The notes: generated by a model from the sequence alone, not told the origin. A DNA stretch of 39,107 nucleotides from Octopus bimaculoides (GCF_001194135.2 NC_068985.1:41588327-41627433), one strand, 5' to 3'. Numbered from the stretch's first letter, positions 1 to 11,985 are shown. Program-made: numbers and translations.

Positions 1-192
1 TTAAAAGACATGTTAGGATCCACAATGAGCAGAACTTACTTGCAGGTATTGGTAGTGCAAATCAGAGGTGCAATCTGTGTGGGTGTTTTTTCAAAACACT
101 GTCTGGTTTAAAAAGCCACATCAGACGCCATGAAAGGGCTAAGGTTAGGTGCAGGAGGTGGTCAAACTCTGTTTAAGGAGTAGACAACCACC

Positions 193-193
<1 letters not shown>
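1..193 (+). mobile_element. 3' end of an RTE-like LINE with C-terminal C2H2 zinc finger(s)
   Basis: Frame from base 3 reads KRHVRIH...RCNLCGCFFKTLSGLKSHIRRHERAKVRCRRWSNSV*, then a short 3' UTR ending gagtagacaaccacca and a (TATG)n tail. Same family as 21170-21582. Confidence 0.7.
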
Positions 194-225
<32 letters not shown>

Positions 226-265
226 TGTATGTATGTATGTATGTATGTATGTATGTATGTATGTA
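194..265. repeat. (TATG)n microsatellite, probable LINE tail
   Basis: Direct reading. Confidence 0.95.
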
Positions 266-592
266 CATTGTATCTGTATATAATCAGTGATTATATGTGG
301 CAAATGTTAAATATTTTGAGAAGACGGAGAAAAACCGGTGGTTTTCGAACGAAGTTCCTTGTGTTATTTGTTCTGTAGTTAATTATTCTTTGACACCGGC
401 ACCGTCGAAAACGCAGTGAACCATTGATTGGTCCGTTGGAATTCTATCACCAACGATGTTCTCGTTCGTACAGAAAGAGTGTATATGTATATGCTCCTCC
501 TACATTAAAACGTTGCTGTCTATTTGAGATGGTGCACTTACACATGCACACATATGCATGTGCATATACATACGCGCGCGCGCACACTCACA

Positions 593-1047
593 TGTATATA
601 ATTGAAATTGTATGATAAAGCAGTTGAACCAACATGCTGCTATTACAAAGCTATCGCCAAACCAACAGGGAATTCTCGATGTGGTCACATGACCTCCTGG
701 AAATAGCACCCAAATTCTCCCAACTCAAACCCTACCATCTTTAAAAAGAAGACGGACACATACACGTACACGTATATAATTGAAATTGCCTCATAAAGAG
801 GTTGAGCTAACATGCTGCAATCATAAACCTATCACCAAGCTAGCTAGGAATTATCGATGTAGTCGCACGACATGCTGGAAATAACGACTAAATTTTCCAA
901 TTCACATTCTATCATTACGTAACTACAAATAAGATAACACAATCCTAGTTATACGCAAAGGTAGGATGGCTGATCGCCGTCGCAACGTCTTTAGTTCTAA
1001 GTCTGCTTAATTAAGACTGACGAAAGATTTGAACAACAACAACAATA
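593..1047 (+). mobile_element. Two diverged tandem 3' fragments of an interspersed retroposon family ending in (CAA)n
   Basis: 593-750 and 775-910 align (tatataattgaaattg...aacatgctgc...gatgt(g/a)gtc...ctggaaata). Related pieces occur near 14690-14820 (-), 23130-23290, 23850-24020 (-) and 27600-27740. Confidence 0.55.
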
Positions 1048-1049
1048 AT

Positions 1050-1274
1050 AAAGCTATTCTTTTTTATTACTTGTTTCAGTCATTAGACTGCGGCTATGCT
1101 GGAGCACCGCCTTGAAGAACTTTTAGTTGAATGAAATATACCCCAGTAGTTCTTTTTTAAACTTGGTACTTATTCTATCGGTATCTTTTGCCGACCCGCT
1201 ACGTCTACGTTACGGGAACGCAAACACGCCAATACCGGTTATCAAGCGGTGATGGAGGGGGAGGGGGAAAACAT

Positions 1275-1332
<58 letters not shown>

Positions 1333-1476
1333 TGGGCTTCTTTCAGTTTCCGTCTAGCAAATCTACTCACAAGGCTATAGCAGAAGACACTTGCCCTAGG
1401 TACCACGCAGTGGGTCTGAACCCGGAATCATGTAGTTGGGAAGCAAGCTTTTTACCACGCATCCACTCCTGCGCCT
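1050..1476 (-). mobile_element. tRNA-derived SINE, family B (CORE-like centre, internal microsatellite), near full length
   Basis: Reverse complement aligns along its length with 35873-36279: head, accttgggcaagtgtcttct segment, gaaactgaaagaagccc, (CA)n, 3' module and A-rich tail. Confidence 0.85.
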
Positions 1477-1535
1477 ATAGATATTTTGCTTTTGTGTTTC
1501 TACTTTGGTTACATAAAACTGCATTTAAATGTCTT

Positions 1536-1803
1536 TTCTACTCTAGGCACNNNNNNNNNNNNNNNNNNNNNNNNNNNNNNNNNNNNNNNNNNNNNNNNNN
1601 NNNNNNNNNNNNNNNNNNNNNNNNNNNNNNNNNNNNNNNNNNNNNNNNNNNNNNNNNNNNNNNNNNNNNNNNNNNNNNNNNNNNNNNNNNNNNNNNNNNN
1701 NNNNNNNNNNNNNNNNNNNNNNNNNNNNNNNNNNNNNNNNNNNAAAGACAGACGAAATACCGCTAAGCATTTCGCCCGGCGTGCTAACGTTTCTGCCAGC
1801 TCG
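1536..1803 (-). mobile_element. tRNA-derived SINE, family A, spanning a gap, with 17-bp TSD
   Basis: ctgcatttaaatgtctt at 1519-1535 and 1804-1820. Tail ttttctactctaggcac before the gap, head region after it. Confidence 0.85.
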
Positions 1804-1950
1804 CTGCATTTAAATGTCTTGCGGGACCCAGTGTCGATTCAAGCACTTCAAACCAATACACCAGCCGAGCTTTCTCTTATCCTTTTATTTTCTGATTAAA
1901 AACAAAAAAAAAAAAAAAGGTTTCAATGGAACTTTAGCAGTAATATAATC

Positions 1951-2180
1951 TTTTATGGTTTACATGTTTTAGTCATTGGACTGCAACCATGCTGGGATAC
2001 TGCCTTGATGGTTTTTGCTGAACAAATCGGTCCTAGTACTTATTTCTTGAGTCTTGTACTTATCCTATTAAATTTTTTTTGCAGCCGCTAAGTTACGGGG
2101 ACGCAAACAAACCAACATCGGTTGCCAATTGTCGATGAGGAACAAACACAAAGGCAGACAGACACATACACACACACACT
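1951..2180 (-). mobile_element. SINE family B, decayed 3' half
   Basis: gtcattggactgcaaccatgctgg...ccgctaagttacggggacg matches the family B 3' module. Confidence 0.7.
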
Positions 2181-2267
2181 CATTATATACATACACACAC
2201 ACACTCATTATATACATACATACATACATACATACATACATAAATATATACGTACATACATTCATAC

Positions 2268-2505
2268 AAAGGAGAATCTGGATAAACTGGGATTTTCAGA
2301 AAGAGACATCAACCGGCTAAATCGTACATTACAAGTGCAATCTGTGAGTGGAACGGTAAAAATATGCAAGACTTTTTTTTCAAGTTCCAAACGTGAATTT
2401 GTCTGTGTTAACTATCTCCCAAAGATGGAGCCTTGCATCTTTGTTGGAAACCGGCTCCCTCCTCAGTGGAAGATTTATAATAATTAAAAACTAGAAGACT
2501 AGAAT
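2268..2505 (+). mobile_element. 3' end of an R4/Dong-like (RLE) LINE
   Basis: KENLDKLGFSERDINRLNRTLQVQSVSGTVKICKTF resembles the R4/Dong C-terminal motif (LxxLG...LQ...GTxKI). Preceded by (TACA)n. 27 bp of its 3' UTR recur exactly at 25311-25337. Confidence 0.6.
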
Positions 2506-2958
2506 NNNNNNNNNNNNNNNNNNNNNNNNNNNNNNNNNNNNNNNNNNNNNNNNNNNNNNNNNNNNNNNNNNNNNNNNNNNNNNNNNNNNNNNNNNNNNNN
2601 NNNNNNNNNNNNNNNNNNNNNNNNNNNNNNNNNNNNNNNNNNNNNNNNNNNNNNNNNNNNNNNNNNNNNNNNNNNNNNNNNNNNNNNNNNNNNNNNNNNN
2701 NNNNNNNNNNNNNNNNNNNNNNNNNNNNNNNNNNNNNNNNNNNNNNNNNNNNNNNNNNNNNNNNNNNNNNNNNNNNNNNNNNNNNNNNNNNNNNNNNNNN
2801 NNNNNNNNNNNNNNNNNNNNNNNNNNNNNNNNNNNNNNNNNNNNNNNNNNNNNNNNNNNNNNNNNNNNNNNNNNNNNNNNNNNNNNNNNNNNNNNNNNNN
2901 NNNNNNNNNNNNNNNNNNNNNNNNNNNNNNNNNNNNNNNNNNNNNNNNNNNNNNNNNN

Positions 2959-2994
<36 letters not shown>

Positions 2995-3240
2995 TGTATG
3001 TATGTATGTATGTATGCATGCATGTACATGCAAGTGATGCTGAAAAATCCCTGCCTTGGGTAAAAGAAAATACAAGAGGATCAGTTAATTATGATTTTAT
3101 TCAACGGGGACGCTCAGATTGACACACTTATTGCATCGGTCCTTCAGTTTTTCTAAACCCTGTAAAAGAACTCGGAAGGTTGGGCCTCCAACCAGGCCTT
3201 TCGCAATACCATTAAAGCCAGGAACTTTTCAGCACCCACT

Positions 3241-3383
3241 CGTATATAATGGGCTTCTTTCAGTTTCTGTTAACCATTTCCACTCATAAGATTTTAGTTG
3301 ACCCGGGGCTTTAGAAGACACTTACCCAACCGAACCCAGAACCATGTGATTGGGAAGCAAGCGTCTTACAACACAGGCACGCC
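3241..3383 (-). mobile_element. SINE family B 5' half, internally deleted
   Basis: gggcttctttcagtttc...gaacccagaaccatgtgattgggaagcaagc. Confidence 0.7.
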
Positions 3384-4401
3384 GGAATTTCAGTTGTTGG
3401 TTTCATTGTTACTTATTTCTTGGTTACAAAATAAAGATGTCTTGTACTTAAGAAATATGGCTTTCCTTTTTGGAAGAGGAAGGTGAGGTCGGATGAAAGA
3501 GTAGATGGGGGCAATGGAATAAGTTAGTACCTTCGGTGGAAACATGTGGGTCTAATTGGCAATGTGGCCGTCAGTGCGTAGCCGTGTCACGGTGGGTACA
3601 CATCACGCTGTGAGGTCATTAGATACGTAAGTTAGCAGGAGGACGTGGAGGTTTGGCAAAGTGAGAGAGGCAGAAAGGAGAAAGAAGAGAGGGGTTAGAG
3701 AGAAAGATGAGAGCTTTTGTGATAAGATGAAGTTGATGATGTAGATTTGGAAGTTTTAAGTTTTTCTTATACGTGGCGTACACACATACACAAACACAGA
3801 CACACACACACATATGCACATACACAGACACACACACACATATGCACATACACACACATGCACATACACACACATGCACATACACACACACTCAAACATA
3901 CATGCACGCATATATTTTACACTCACGCGCACACACACGCGCACACACACAAACACATACACACATATATATATATGCTTACAAACATGCATTCATATAT
4001 ACATAGATATATCAGTATTGGTAATGCAAGTTGATATGTATGTTTTTGTTGTGTATGTGCGCGTGTGTGTGGGTGTGTTTAACAGCTCTACTTACAAATA
4101 AGTTATATTGAACTCAGGGCTGTGTCCCAATATAATCTTATTTATTAATGATTTTTCGTATTTCCTTATTAGTCAATTATGCTTAGCATGTATAACTTCT
4201 TTCCTGAACCCATTAACATTTCTATACCTTGTTCCATCTCATATTCTGAACGAAGCAGTGACTGTGGCGCTCATATTGCTGTAACGCGAAATCATGGTTT
4301 TCACATGGCAATCTTCATCGCCAAGTTACTTTCATAGTTTAATAAACTCTAATGTTGTATCTCTGAGTGTGTTGATTTCCGCTTTGTATTTTACTAATAA
4401 T

Positions 4402-4615
4402 GGTTTCGAATTTTGCCACAGGGGCAGCAATTTAGGGGAAGGAGATGAGTCGATTACATCGACCTCAGTGTTCAACTGATACTCATTTCATCGTCCCCGA
4501 AAGGATGAAAGGCAAAGTCGACCTCGGCGGAATTTGAACTCAGAACGGAGCGACAGGTGAAATACCACTGAGTGTTTCATCCAGCGTACTAACGATTATG
4601 CCAGCTCGCCGCCAT
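4402..4615 (-). mobile_element. SINE family A with 19-bp TSD
   Basis: tttgtatttt(a/g)ctaataat at 4383-4401 and 4616-4634. Body contains gtcgacctcggcggaatttgaactcag (B-box GAGTTCAAATTC on the minus strand). Confidence 0.9.
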
Positions 4616-5178
4616 TTTGTATTTTGCTAATAATAATACTTCCGTAGCTAATCTTGGTTTACGGATAGTAGCATTTAGATCTTTTCGACTTAAACTACGT
4701 CCTTAAATTTTATTGGAAATTTCTTCACAGATGAAATTTTTTGTGCCAATTACGAAATTTACAGCCATTTTTTGTGAACGAATACTAATGTAAACATGCT
4801 ATTTATATAATATGCATTAATTTGTATTTGCTAAACTATCTAAATAATTACACACTAAATCAATCTATTGGAATTATCATTTATAAATCCTTAAGTAATA
4901 ATTATATTATAAAGATTTATTTTCATTTTGTTTTTTTAGAAATTATCAATAAGAACGTTACAAACTTTAAAGATTGAAAGATTTTGTGATTTTTTGCTTA
5001 TCATATACAAGTTTACTCTTCCAGCCAAAGCGATCTTTAGACTAGCGCTTTTTTTTTTTTTTCGAAATGTAATTACGACAATCACAATAACTTTTTCTTG
5101 AGAAATCAATAATAAAGACGTTATGAAATCTTTACAGAAGGAAATATTTAATAAAAGTAAATGAAAGAAAATTTTACG

Positions 5179-5327
5179 ATACCTACAAACTCCAATGAAA
5201 TTTTCCGATACCTACAAACTCCAAATCCTAAACGCTAACCCTAATCCCTAACTTAAACCCTAAACTAAATTCTAACCTTAACCCTAAACATAATCCTAAG
5301 CTTTAAACACTATCTCTAAACCCTAAA
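5179..5327. repeat. Degenerate telomere-like (CCCTAA/CCTAAA) array preceded by an 18-bp direct repeat
   Basis: gatacctacaaactccaa twice, then about 100 bp of cctaaac/ctaaccctaa/aaccctaaac units (5227-5327). Confidence 0.7.
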
Positions 5328-6243
5328 ATATTTTCAATTGGCTGCTATGGAAACAAAAATAACATCGTCTGCCGGAAAGGATGTCGAGAATGGACAAATC
5401 TTATTTGTTAAAATTATAAAAACTGTCAATCTTTTATTGTTAATTTCTTCCCCAAAATAATTGTAATATTCGTAAAGGGTATGAAATCTAAAAGTGAGCT
5501 TGAATCTTGCTTGCTTGCAATGTTACCCAGCCAAACTGGCGCATAATGGGAAAATACTATGAATTAAGTTGCCTTTGAAATGTGAATACGAACGGAATAA
5601 AACATGTTTCACGTAAATCAGACAAGTGGTTGTTGAGATATTAGAGGTTTTCGGGGATATAAATACCTAAAACGGTGCCTAATGGGAAGATATTCCGAAG
5701 ATAACATTATCCTGAAAGGAAGAAACTCTACCTTTCGATTAGATACAGTAACTTGATGACGAAAAAATAGGATTTGTTTTTTACAGTAAATGTTTCTATT
5801 TTCGCTTTTGTTAAACACAATATTTTAATCATTTAGAAATATTTTTAAATGAATGTGATTTCAAAAATGAAAGTTGTAATATAAATACTGTAAGTATTTA
5901 TATTTCAGCTTTCTTTAAACAGACAATATTTTAATATTTTTAAAAATTATTTTCAAGTGAATACCATTACAAAAATTTTTTTGGCATATTTTAAAAATAT
6001 CTTAAAGTGAAAATGACTGCAAAAATACGGTAAATATTTTGTAAAAGACCCATTTGTAACCTCGGTGAGAAATAATTTTTTTCATAGGTTTTTTTCGAGT
6101 ACATTCAACTTATATCACCTCCAAAGATTTGGTGTTTACGCGTGATTTGGATGTCACATTCGTTGAAAGCATGCGAAATAATCTGGAAAAAAAACCCTGA
6201 AAAATCTCCGTTGTTGGGAAACTCAGACTTTCCCGGTGACCCA

Positions 6244-6244
<1 letters not shown>

Positions 6245-6291
<47 letters not shown>
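6245..6291. repeat. (GATA)n microsatellite
   Basis: Direct reading. Confidence 0.95.
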
Positions 6292-6292
<1 letters not shown>

Positions 6293-6460
6293 ATGGATTT
6301 TCACACAGATTCTGTCAACCGGACATTGGTTGACATGGGGTTTTAGGAACAGGCACTTGTCCGATGCGCTCCAGAGTCGGATTGAACTAGAAACTACATA
6401 GTTACGAAGTAAATTTCTTAAATTTTTCCGGACAAAATTTGTGAACGAATATTTATATTG

Positions 6461-6683
6461 CTTTCAAATGTTGGCACAAGGCCAACAATTTCGAGGCAGA
6501 GGGTAAATCGATTACATCGACCCCAGTGCTCAACTGGTGCTTAATTTATCGAGCCTGAAAGGATAAAAGGCAAAGTAGAACTCGGCGGAGTTTGAACATA
6601 GAATGCAGCGACGGACGAAAAACAAAAGAAAAAAAAACATTTTCGTTCGGCATGCTGACGATTCTACCAGCTTGCCGCCTTTA
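6461..6683 (-). mobile_element. SINE family A with 17-bp TSD
   Basis: aacgaatatttatattg at 6444-6460 and 6684-6700. Confidence 0.9.
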
Positions 6684-7499
6684 AACGAATATTTATATTG
6701 ACAATGATAAATGAATGAACCTGGGCACGTTCTCAGAATGTTTGTCTCTATACATCCCTGCTCGTTCCATATACCTTCTTTTACACAGCAAATTATTCTA
6801 TATTCTATATCCCCCAATAATCCATTGACTGTTAAATGATCGCAGTATATAAAAAGAATTCTGTCACACCACACAAACAATACACAAACAACGACCAGTC
6901 AAAGGTCAACCAGTAGCCATGATTGTAAATATTTCACATTATCCATAACTTCATGAAAGTTCTTGCGATACTCGTGCTAATTAAATGGTGAATTTGTCAT
7001 CCATTATTCAAGTTCTGATTGAATAACTGCGAATATATTCGCACGAAACATNNNNNNNNNNNNNNNNNNNNNNNNNNNNNNNNNNNNNNNNNNNNNNNNN
7101 NNNNNNNNNNNNNNNNNNNNNNNNNNNNNNNNNNNNNNNNNNNNNNNNNNNNNNNNNNNNNNNNNNNNNNNNNNNNNNNNNNNNNNNNNNNNNNNNNNNN
7201 NNNNNNNNNNNNNNNNNNNNNNNNNNNNNNNNNNNNNNNNNNNNNNNNNNNNNNNNNNNNNNNNNNNNNNNNNNNNNNNNNNNNNNNNNNNNNNNNNNNN
7301 NNNNNNNNNNNNNNNNNNNNNNNNNNNNNNNNNNNNNNNNNNNNNNNNNNNNNNNNNNTATATATATATATATATATAATATAATATATATATATATATA
7401 TAATATAATATATATACATATGCATATATACATACGCATATGTGTATATATATATATGCACACACACACATATATATATATGTGTGTGTGTGTGTGCAT

Positions 7500-7670
7500 A
7501 TATGGGTACAGGACGTCACAAAACGTAAACAACATGAATTACGTAAACAAATGAGTTGAGTACGCAAACAGCGAGAAAAGCAAATGGAAAACACAAGTAA
7601 CATAAAGAACGACCCTTCATCAGTTGTCGGCTGTCCATCTACTCCTCATTTCGAGCATTATGCGTCTGTG
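7500..7670 (-). mobile_element. Possible Penelope-type terminal (pLTR-like) fragment
   Basis: Minus strand reads ...gacaaCTGATGAAGGGtcgttctttatg...gtgacgtcctgtacccata then a microsatellite. Only the 5' half of a hammerhead core is present. Confidence 0.35.
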
Positions 7671-7764
7671 TGTGTCTACTACATATGTGGAAAATCGGTG
7701 TGTGTTTGTTTGTGGCGTTGTTAGCTAACTCCTCCTACATCGTTTTATTGATTTAAATGAAACC

Positions 7765-8196
7765 TGACACCTGAGTAGAACTCATATCTGGAAACCGCTT
7801 GACATACTGAGATTGTTGAAAAATCGATAATACGGCCCCTGGACGGGACTTTTATATCTACCTCATGTAACTAATTTTTTTTAAACCCAAGGGAAATGAC
7901 CCATAGCACATGTACAATTTTCTTTTAAACACTCAAGGGAAATAATCCTCCATTTCATTGTTTATGTTCGATTACTCTGAATACTAATATTGTGTGGATT
8001 CTATTTCTAATTTTTGCAGACAATATCACTTTTATACTTTATTTGACACGTGAGTAGAACTCATATCTGGAAACCTCGTAAATACTTAGATTGTTGAAAA
8101 AGAAATCGATAATAGGGCCCTTCCAATGGATCCTTCTATCTACTACATATTACTAATATTTTATTTAAACAACCCAAGGGAAATAACCCATACCAC
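7765..8196. repeat. Diverged direct repeat, about 150-bp unit, offset 279 bp
   Basis: tgacac(c/g)tgagtagaactcatatctggaaacc...cccaagggaaat(g/a)acccata at 7765-7909 and 8044-8196. Confidence 0.85.
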
Positions 8197-8607
8197 CTGC
8201 TGATTTTAGCGAAGTGATCAATATGTGATTCTCACGATCAGCTGACCTAATTCTGCATTTCACTACTCACAGTTTTGAACTGCTAAACATTATTGCACTT
8301 CCTTAATTCAAATCTTAAGCCTTAACGACTTCATTCATACATTTCTATACATGCATACTTTTTTGACTGCCCATTACTCCGATAATTCTGAATTTTTACA
8401 GATACACTTTTTCCATGACAGTAGATACATTTTTTATTCCACAATGTATCTGTAGTGGCTTCATGCAGGCATAGAGTGGGTTCAATCCTCGATTGCCAAA
8501 TTTCACTTAACTCTTCAACAGCGCTTTTCTCACGGTAAAGCAATAGTTTTTCTGTGAATGACAGCAGTTATACATTTCCCAAATACCTTCGCTGAGCAGA
8601 ATAATAT

Positions 8608-8690
8608 CTCGCCAACCTCTCTCACCAACCTCCGACAATCTTTCTCGCCAACCTCCGAAAACCTCTCTCGCCAACCCCCAACAATCTCTC
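8608..8690. repeat. 23-bp minisatellite, about 3.5 copies
   Basis: ctc(g/a)ccaacctccgacaatct(t/c)t-like units at 8621, 8644 and 8667, plus a partial unit at 8608. Confidence 0.85.
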
Positions 8691-9009
8691 CCTCCTCCAG
8701 CTGACAGCTTTTTGTACTTTTTCGTAACGGAGAATACACTTTTGTGGCAGTTATAACGAAATTGCTTTCTTATATCAGAGTAATAAGGAGTTTCAATAGA
8801 ACATCTNNNNNNNNNNNNNNNNNNNNNNNNNNNNNNNNNNNNNNNNNNNNNNNNNNNNNNNNNNNNNNNNNNNNNNNNNNNNNNNNNNNNNNNNNNNNNN
8901 NNNNNNNNNNNNNNNNNNNNNNNNNNNNNNNNNNNNNNNNNNNNNNNNNNNNNNNNNNNNNNNNNNNNNNNNNNNNNNNNNNNNNNNNNNNNNNNNNNNN
9001 NNNNNNNNN

Positions 9010-9065
<56 letters not shown>

Positions 9066-9794
9066 ATAGAAAGTCAAGAAGTATGAGAGGTGAATATATA
9101 TATTTAACTACTTGATATCCGTAGGATTACGGCCGTTTCGCAGCCTTAATCTTGTACTAATAATTTCAGTGTATAATAAATTATTTTATATGTCTGCACC
9201 AAAATGCATGGGACACATTGCGCGGGACAACTGTATAATTACAAATCAACATAGATATAGTAGGCTAGCTCTTCAAATCACGAGAACCTTATGGTTACAC
9301 CAATGCCGGGTCATTAGAAGAGCTTTTCCGTGATTGCCACTAGATGCCATGGCTCCATATATTGGACTACAAATTTAAACACACGTGCGCGTACGCGTAC
9401 GCGTACACATACGCGTACACATACATGTTTGTATGTATTAGACATACTGTACATTTTATATATACAGGGCGCAGTGAATAAATTGTCGTCTAAATTACGC
9501 AAAAATGAAAATAACTCTGACATCTCATTTTAACAGATATATTTACCAAAATTACATAAAAATATCTTGAAATACTAAAGAGTAAATTTTTCTCCAGACA
9601 ACTTCGGAATCTCCTACGTCTCTTCTGGTCTCGTTCTTTAAGTTGGTAAATGCAGCCATAATGTGTGTGTATGTATAAAAATATAGATATGATTGTTAGT
9701 AAGTAAAAATCAATGCCTACTACTGATATTTGAAATAAGTAGTTTACTCTCTCTCTCTCTCTCTCTCTGCGTGTGAGAAGTGCGAACGAACCAG

Positions 9795-9836
9795 ACACTC
9801 CTGATGAGTTGGCAATAACTAGGCGAAACAAGTGTA
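9795..9836 (+). ncRNA. Degenerate type I minimal hammerhead ribozyme motif
   Basis: acactc-CTGATGA-gttggcaataactaggc-GAAAC-aagtgta: exact core boxes, weak stem II, and acact/agtgt complementarity for stem I. Confidence 0.5.
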
Positions 9837-10580
9837 GCTTTTCTTTCATTCATTCTGCAAACAGATCTCTGTTGCTTCGCCCCACGGTCTATTTACATGG
9901 CGAGAGTAAATGTACGGTTATTCAACGTACACATGTAAACTTATTTACAAGTCATCCTCCCCCACATCGCATATACTCCCCCTACATGTATGTGCGCGCG
10001 CGAGAGTTATAGTTATATGCAAACGTAGACACACATGAGTATGTGTGGTTGGAGGGGGTTAAGAGAGAAAGAGAGGCGCAGACACAGTGAGCTTAGACAG
10101 AGAGCGAATTAAAACACACACACATATATATNNNNNNNNNNNNNNNNNNNNNNNNNNNNNNNNNNNNNNNNNNNNNNNNNNNNNNNNNNNNNNNNNNNNN
10201 NNNNNNNNNNNNNNNNNNNNNNNNNNNNNNNNNNNNNNNNNNNNNNNNNNNNNNNNNNNNNNNNNNNNNNNNNNNNNNNNNNNNNNNNNNNNNNNNNNNN
10301 NNNNNNNNNNNNNNNNNNNNNNNNNNNNNNNNNNNNNNNNNNNNNNNNNNNNNNNNNNNNNNNNNNNNNNNNNNNNNNNNNNNNNNNNNNNNNNNNNNNN
10401 NNNNNNNNNNNNNNNNNNNNNNNNNNNNNNNNNNNNNNNNNNNNNNNNNNNNNNNNNNNNNNNNNNNNNNNNNNNNNNNNNNNNNNNNNNNNNNNNNNNN
10501 NNNNNNNNNNNNNNNNNNNNNNNNNNNNNNNNNNNNNNNNNNNNNNNNNNNNNNNNNNNNNNNNNNNNNNNNNNNNNNNN

Positions 10581-11134
10581 NCCAGCACCACCACTACCTC
10601 CGGCATAACACTATACTAATAATACTATTGCTTCTACTGCCACCCTTTACTCTCGCCACCACCACCACCACCACCACTACCACCACCACCACCACCGCCG
10701 CCGCCAACGTCATGCACGCACAACTCCACTACTAATAACTTACACCACTCGCACCTGAGCCAACACCAGCACTAGTACTAGCACCACCACCATACGTCAT
10801 CATCATCATCATCTACATCCCTACCTATATTCCAATGGTCCCGCTCCACCATCTCTCCCTCTATTACTCTTTCATCCTCAACATTCTCTCCAACACTATT
10901 GCTATACCATTCATCTATCTTCACCCTTGTCATACCTACGATCACAATTACTACTACTACTACACCCACCACCACAGTCACCCTCACCGCCACCACTACA
11001 ACCACCCATACCGCCACTACCACCACTACTACTACACCCACCACCACCACCACAGCCACCCTCACCGCCACCACTACAACCACCCTTACCGCCACTACCA
11101 CCACTACTACCACCACCACCACCACCACCACCAC
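10581..11134. repeat. Degenerate (CCA/ACT) trinucleotide low-complexity tract
   Basis: Direct reading, flanked by gaps. Confidence 0.9.
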
Positions 11135-11943
11135 NNNNNNNNNNNNNNNNNNNNNNNNNNNNNNNNNNNNNNNNNNNNNNNNNNNNNNNNNNNNNNNNNN
11201 NNNNNNNNNNNNNNNNNNNNNNNNNNNNNNNNNNNNNNNNNNNNNNNNNNNNNNNNNNNNNNNNNNNNNNNNNNNNNNNNNNNNNNNNNNNNNNNNNNNN
11301 NNNNNNNNNNNNNNNNNNNNNNNNNNNNNNNNNNNNNNNNNNNNNNNNNNNNNNNNNNNNNNNNNNNNNNNNNNNNNNNNNNNNNNNNNNNNNNNNNNNN
11401 NNNNNNNNNNNNNNNNNNNNNNNNNNNNNNNNNNNNNNNNNNNNNNNNNNNNNNNNNNNNNNNNNNNNNNNNNCCCACATGCATACTTCCACCTAAACAA
11501 TCCCCACCACCTACCTCCACCTATATCCTCCATCTAAACCTACCCACCCCTCAACCATTTATCAGATTTCTTTTATTTTTTGATTTCTTTTATTTTTATG
11601 TTTCGTTTTGTGTATTTTTGTGCCACACGTGGTAGTCGTCTATTTGTATCAGTACATATACATGCTAGTGTACCCATTCATTATACAAACGGGTACACAC
11701 ACACACTCGTACACACAGAGATTAATACACACATGTGCGCGCACACACACACATGTTCAAACATACGTACGCATGCACACAACTACATTCACATGCGCTC
11801 ATAAACATACTAACTACTCTCACACATTCAACTCACACGCAAGGAAACATGTGTATGTTTGTAGATACACACACACACACACTCACTCACATAGATCGAC
11901 AGATCGATTGTTAGATGAACAGAGTGCACACACACACACACAC

Positions 11944-11985
<42 letters not shown>

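Noticed and set aside
5878-5904. 12-bp AT-rich hairpin
   Set aside because: Plausible by chance at this AT content; no associated element termini.
10778-11635. Mucin-like or proline-rich ORFs
   Set aside because: (CCA/ACT) low complexity plus a gap; open in all frames.
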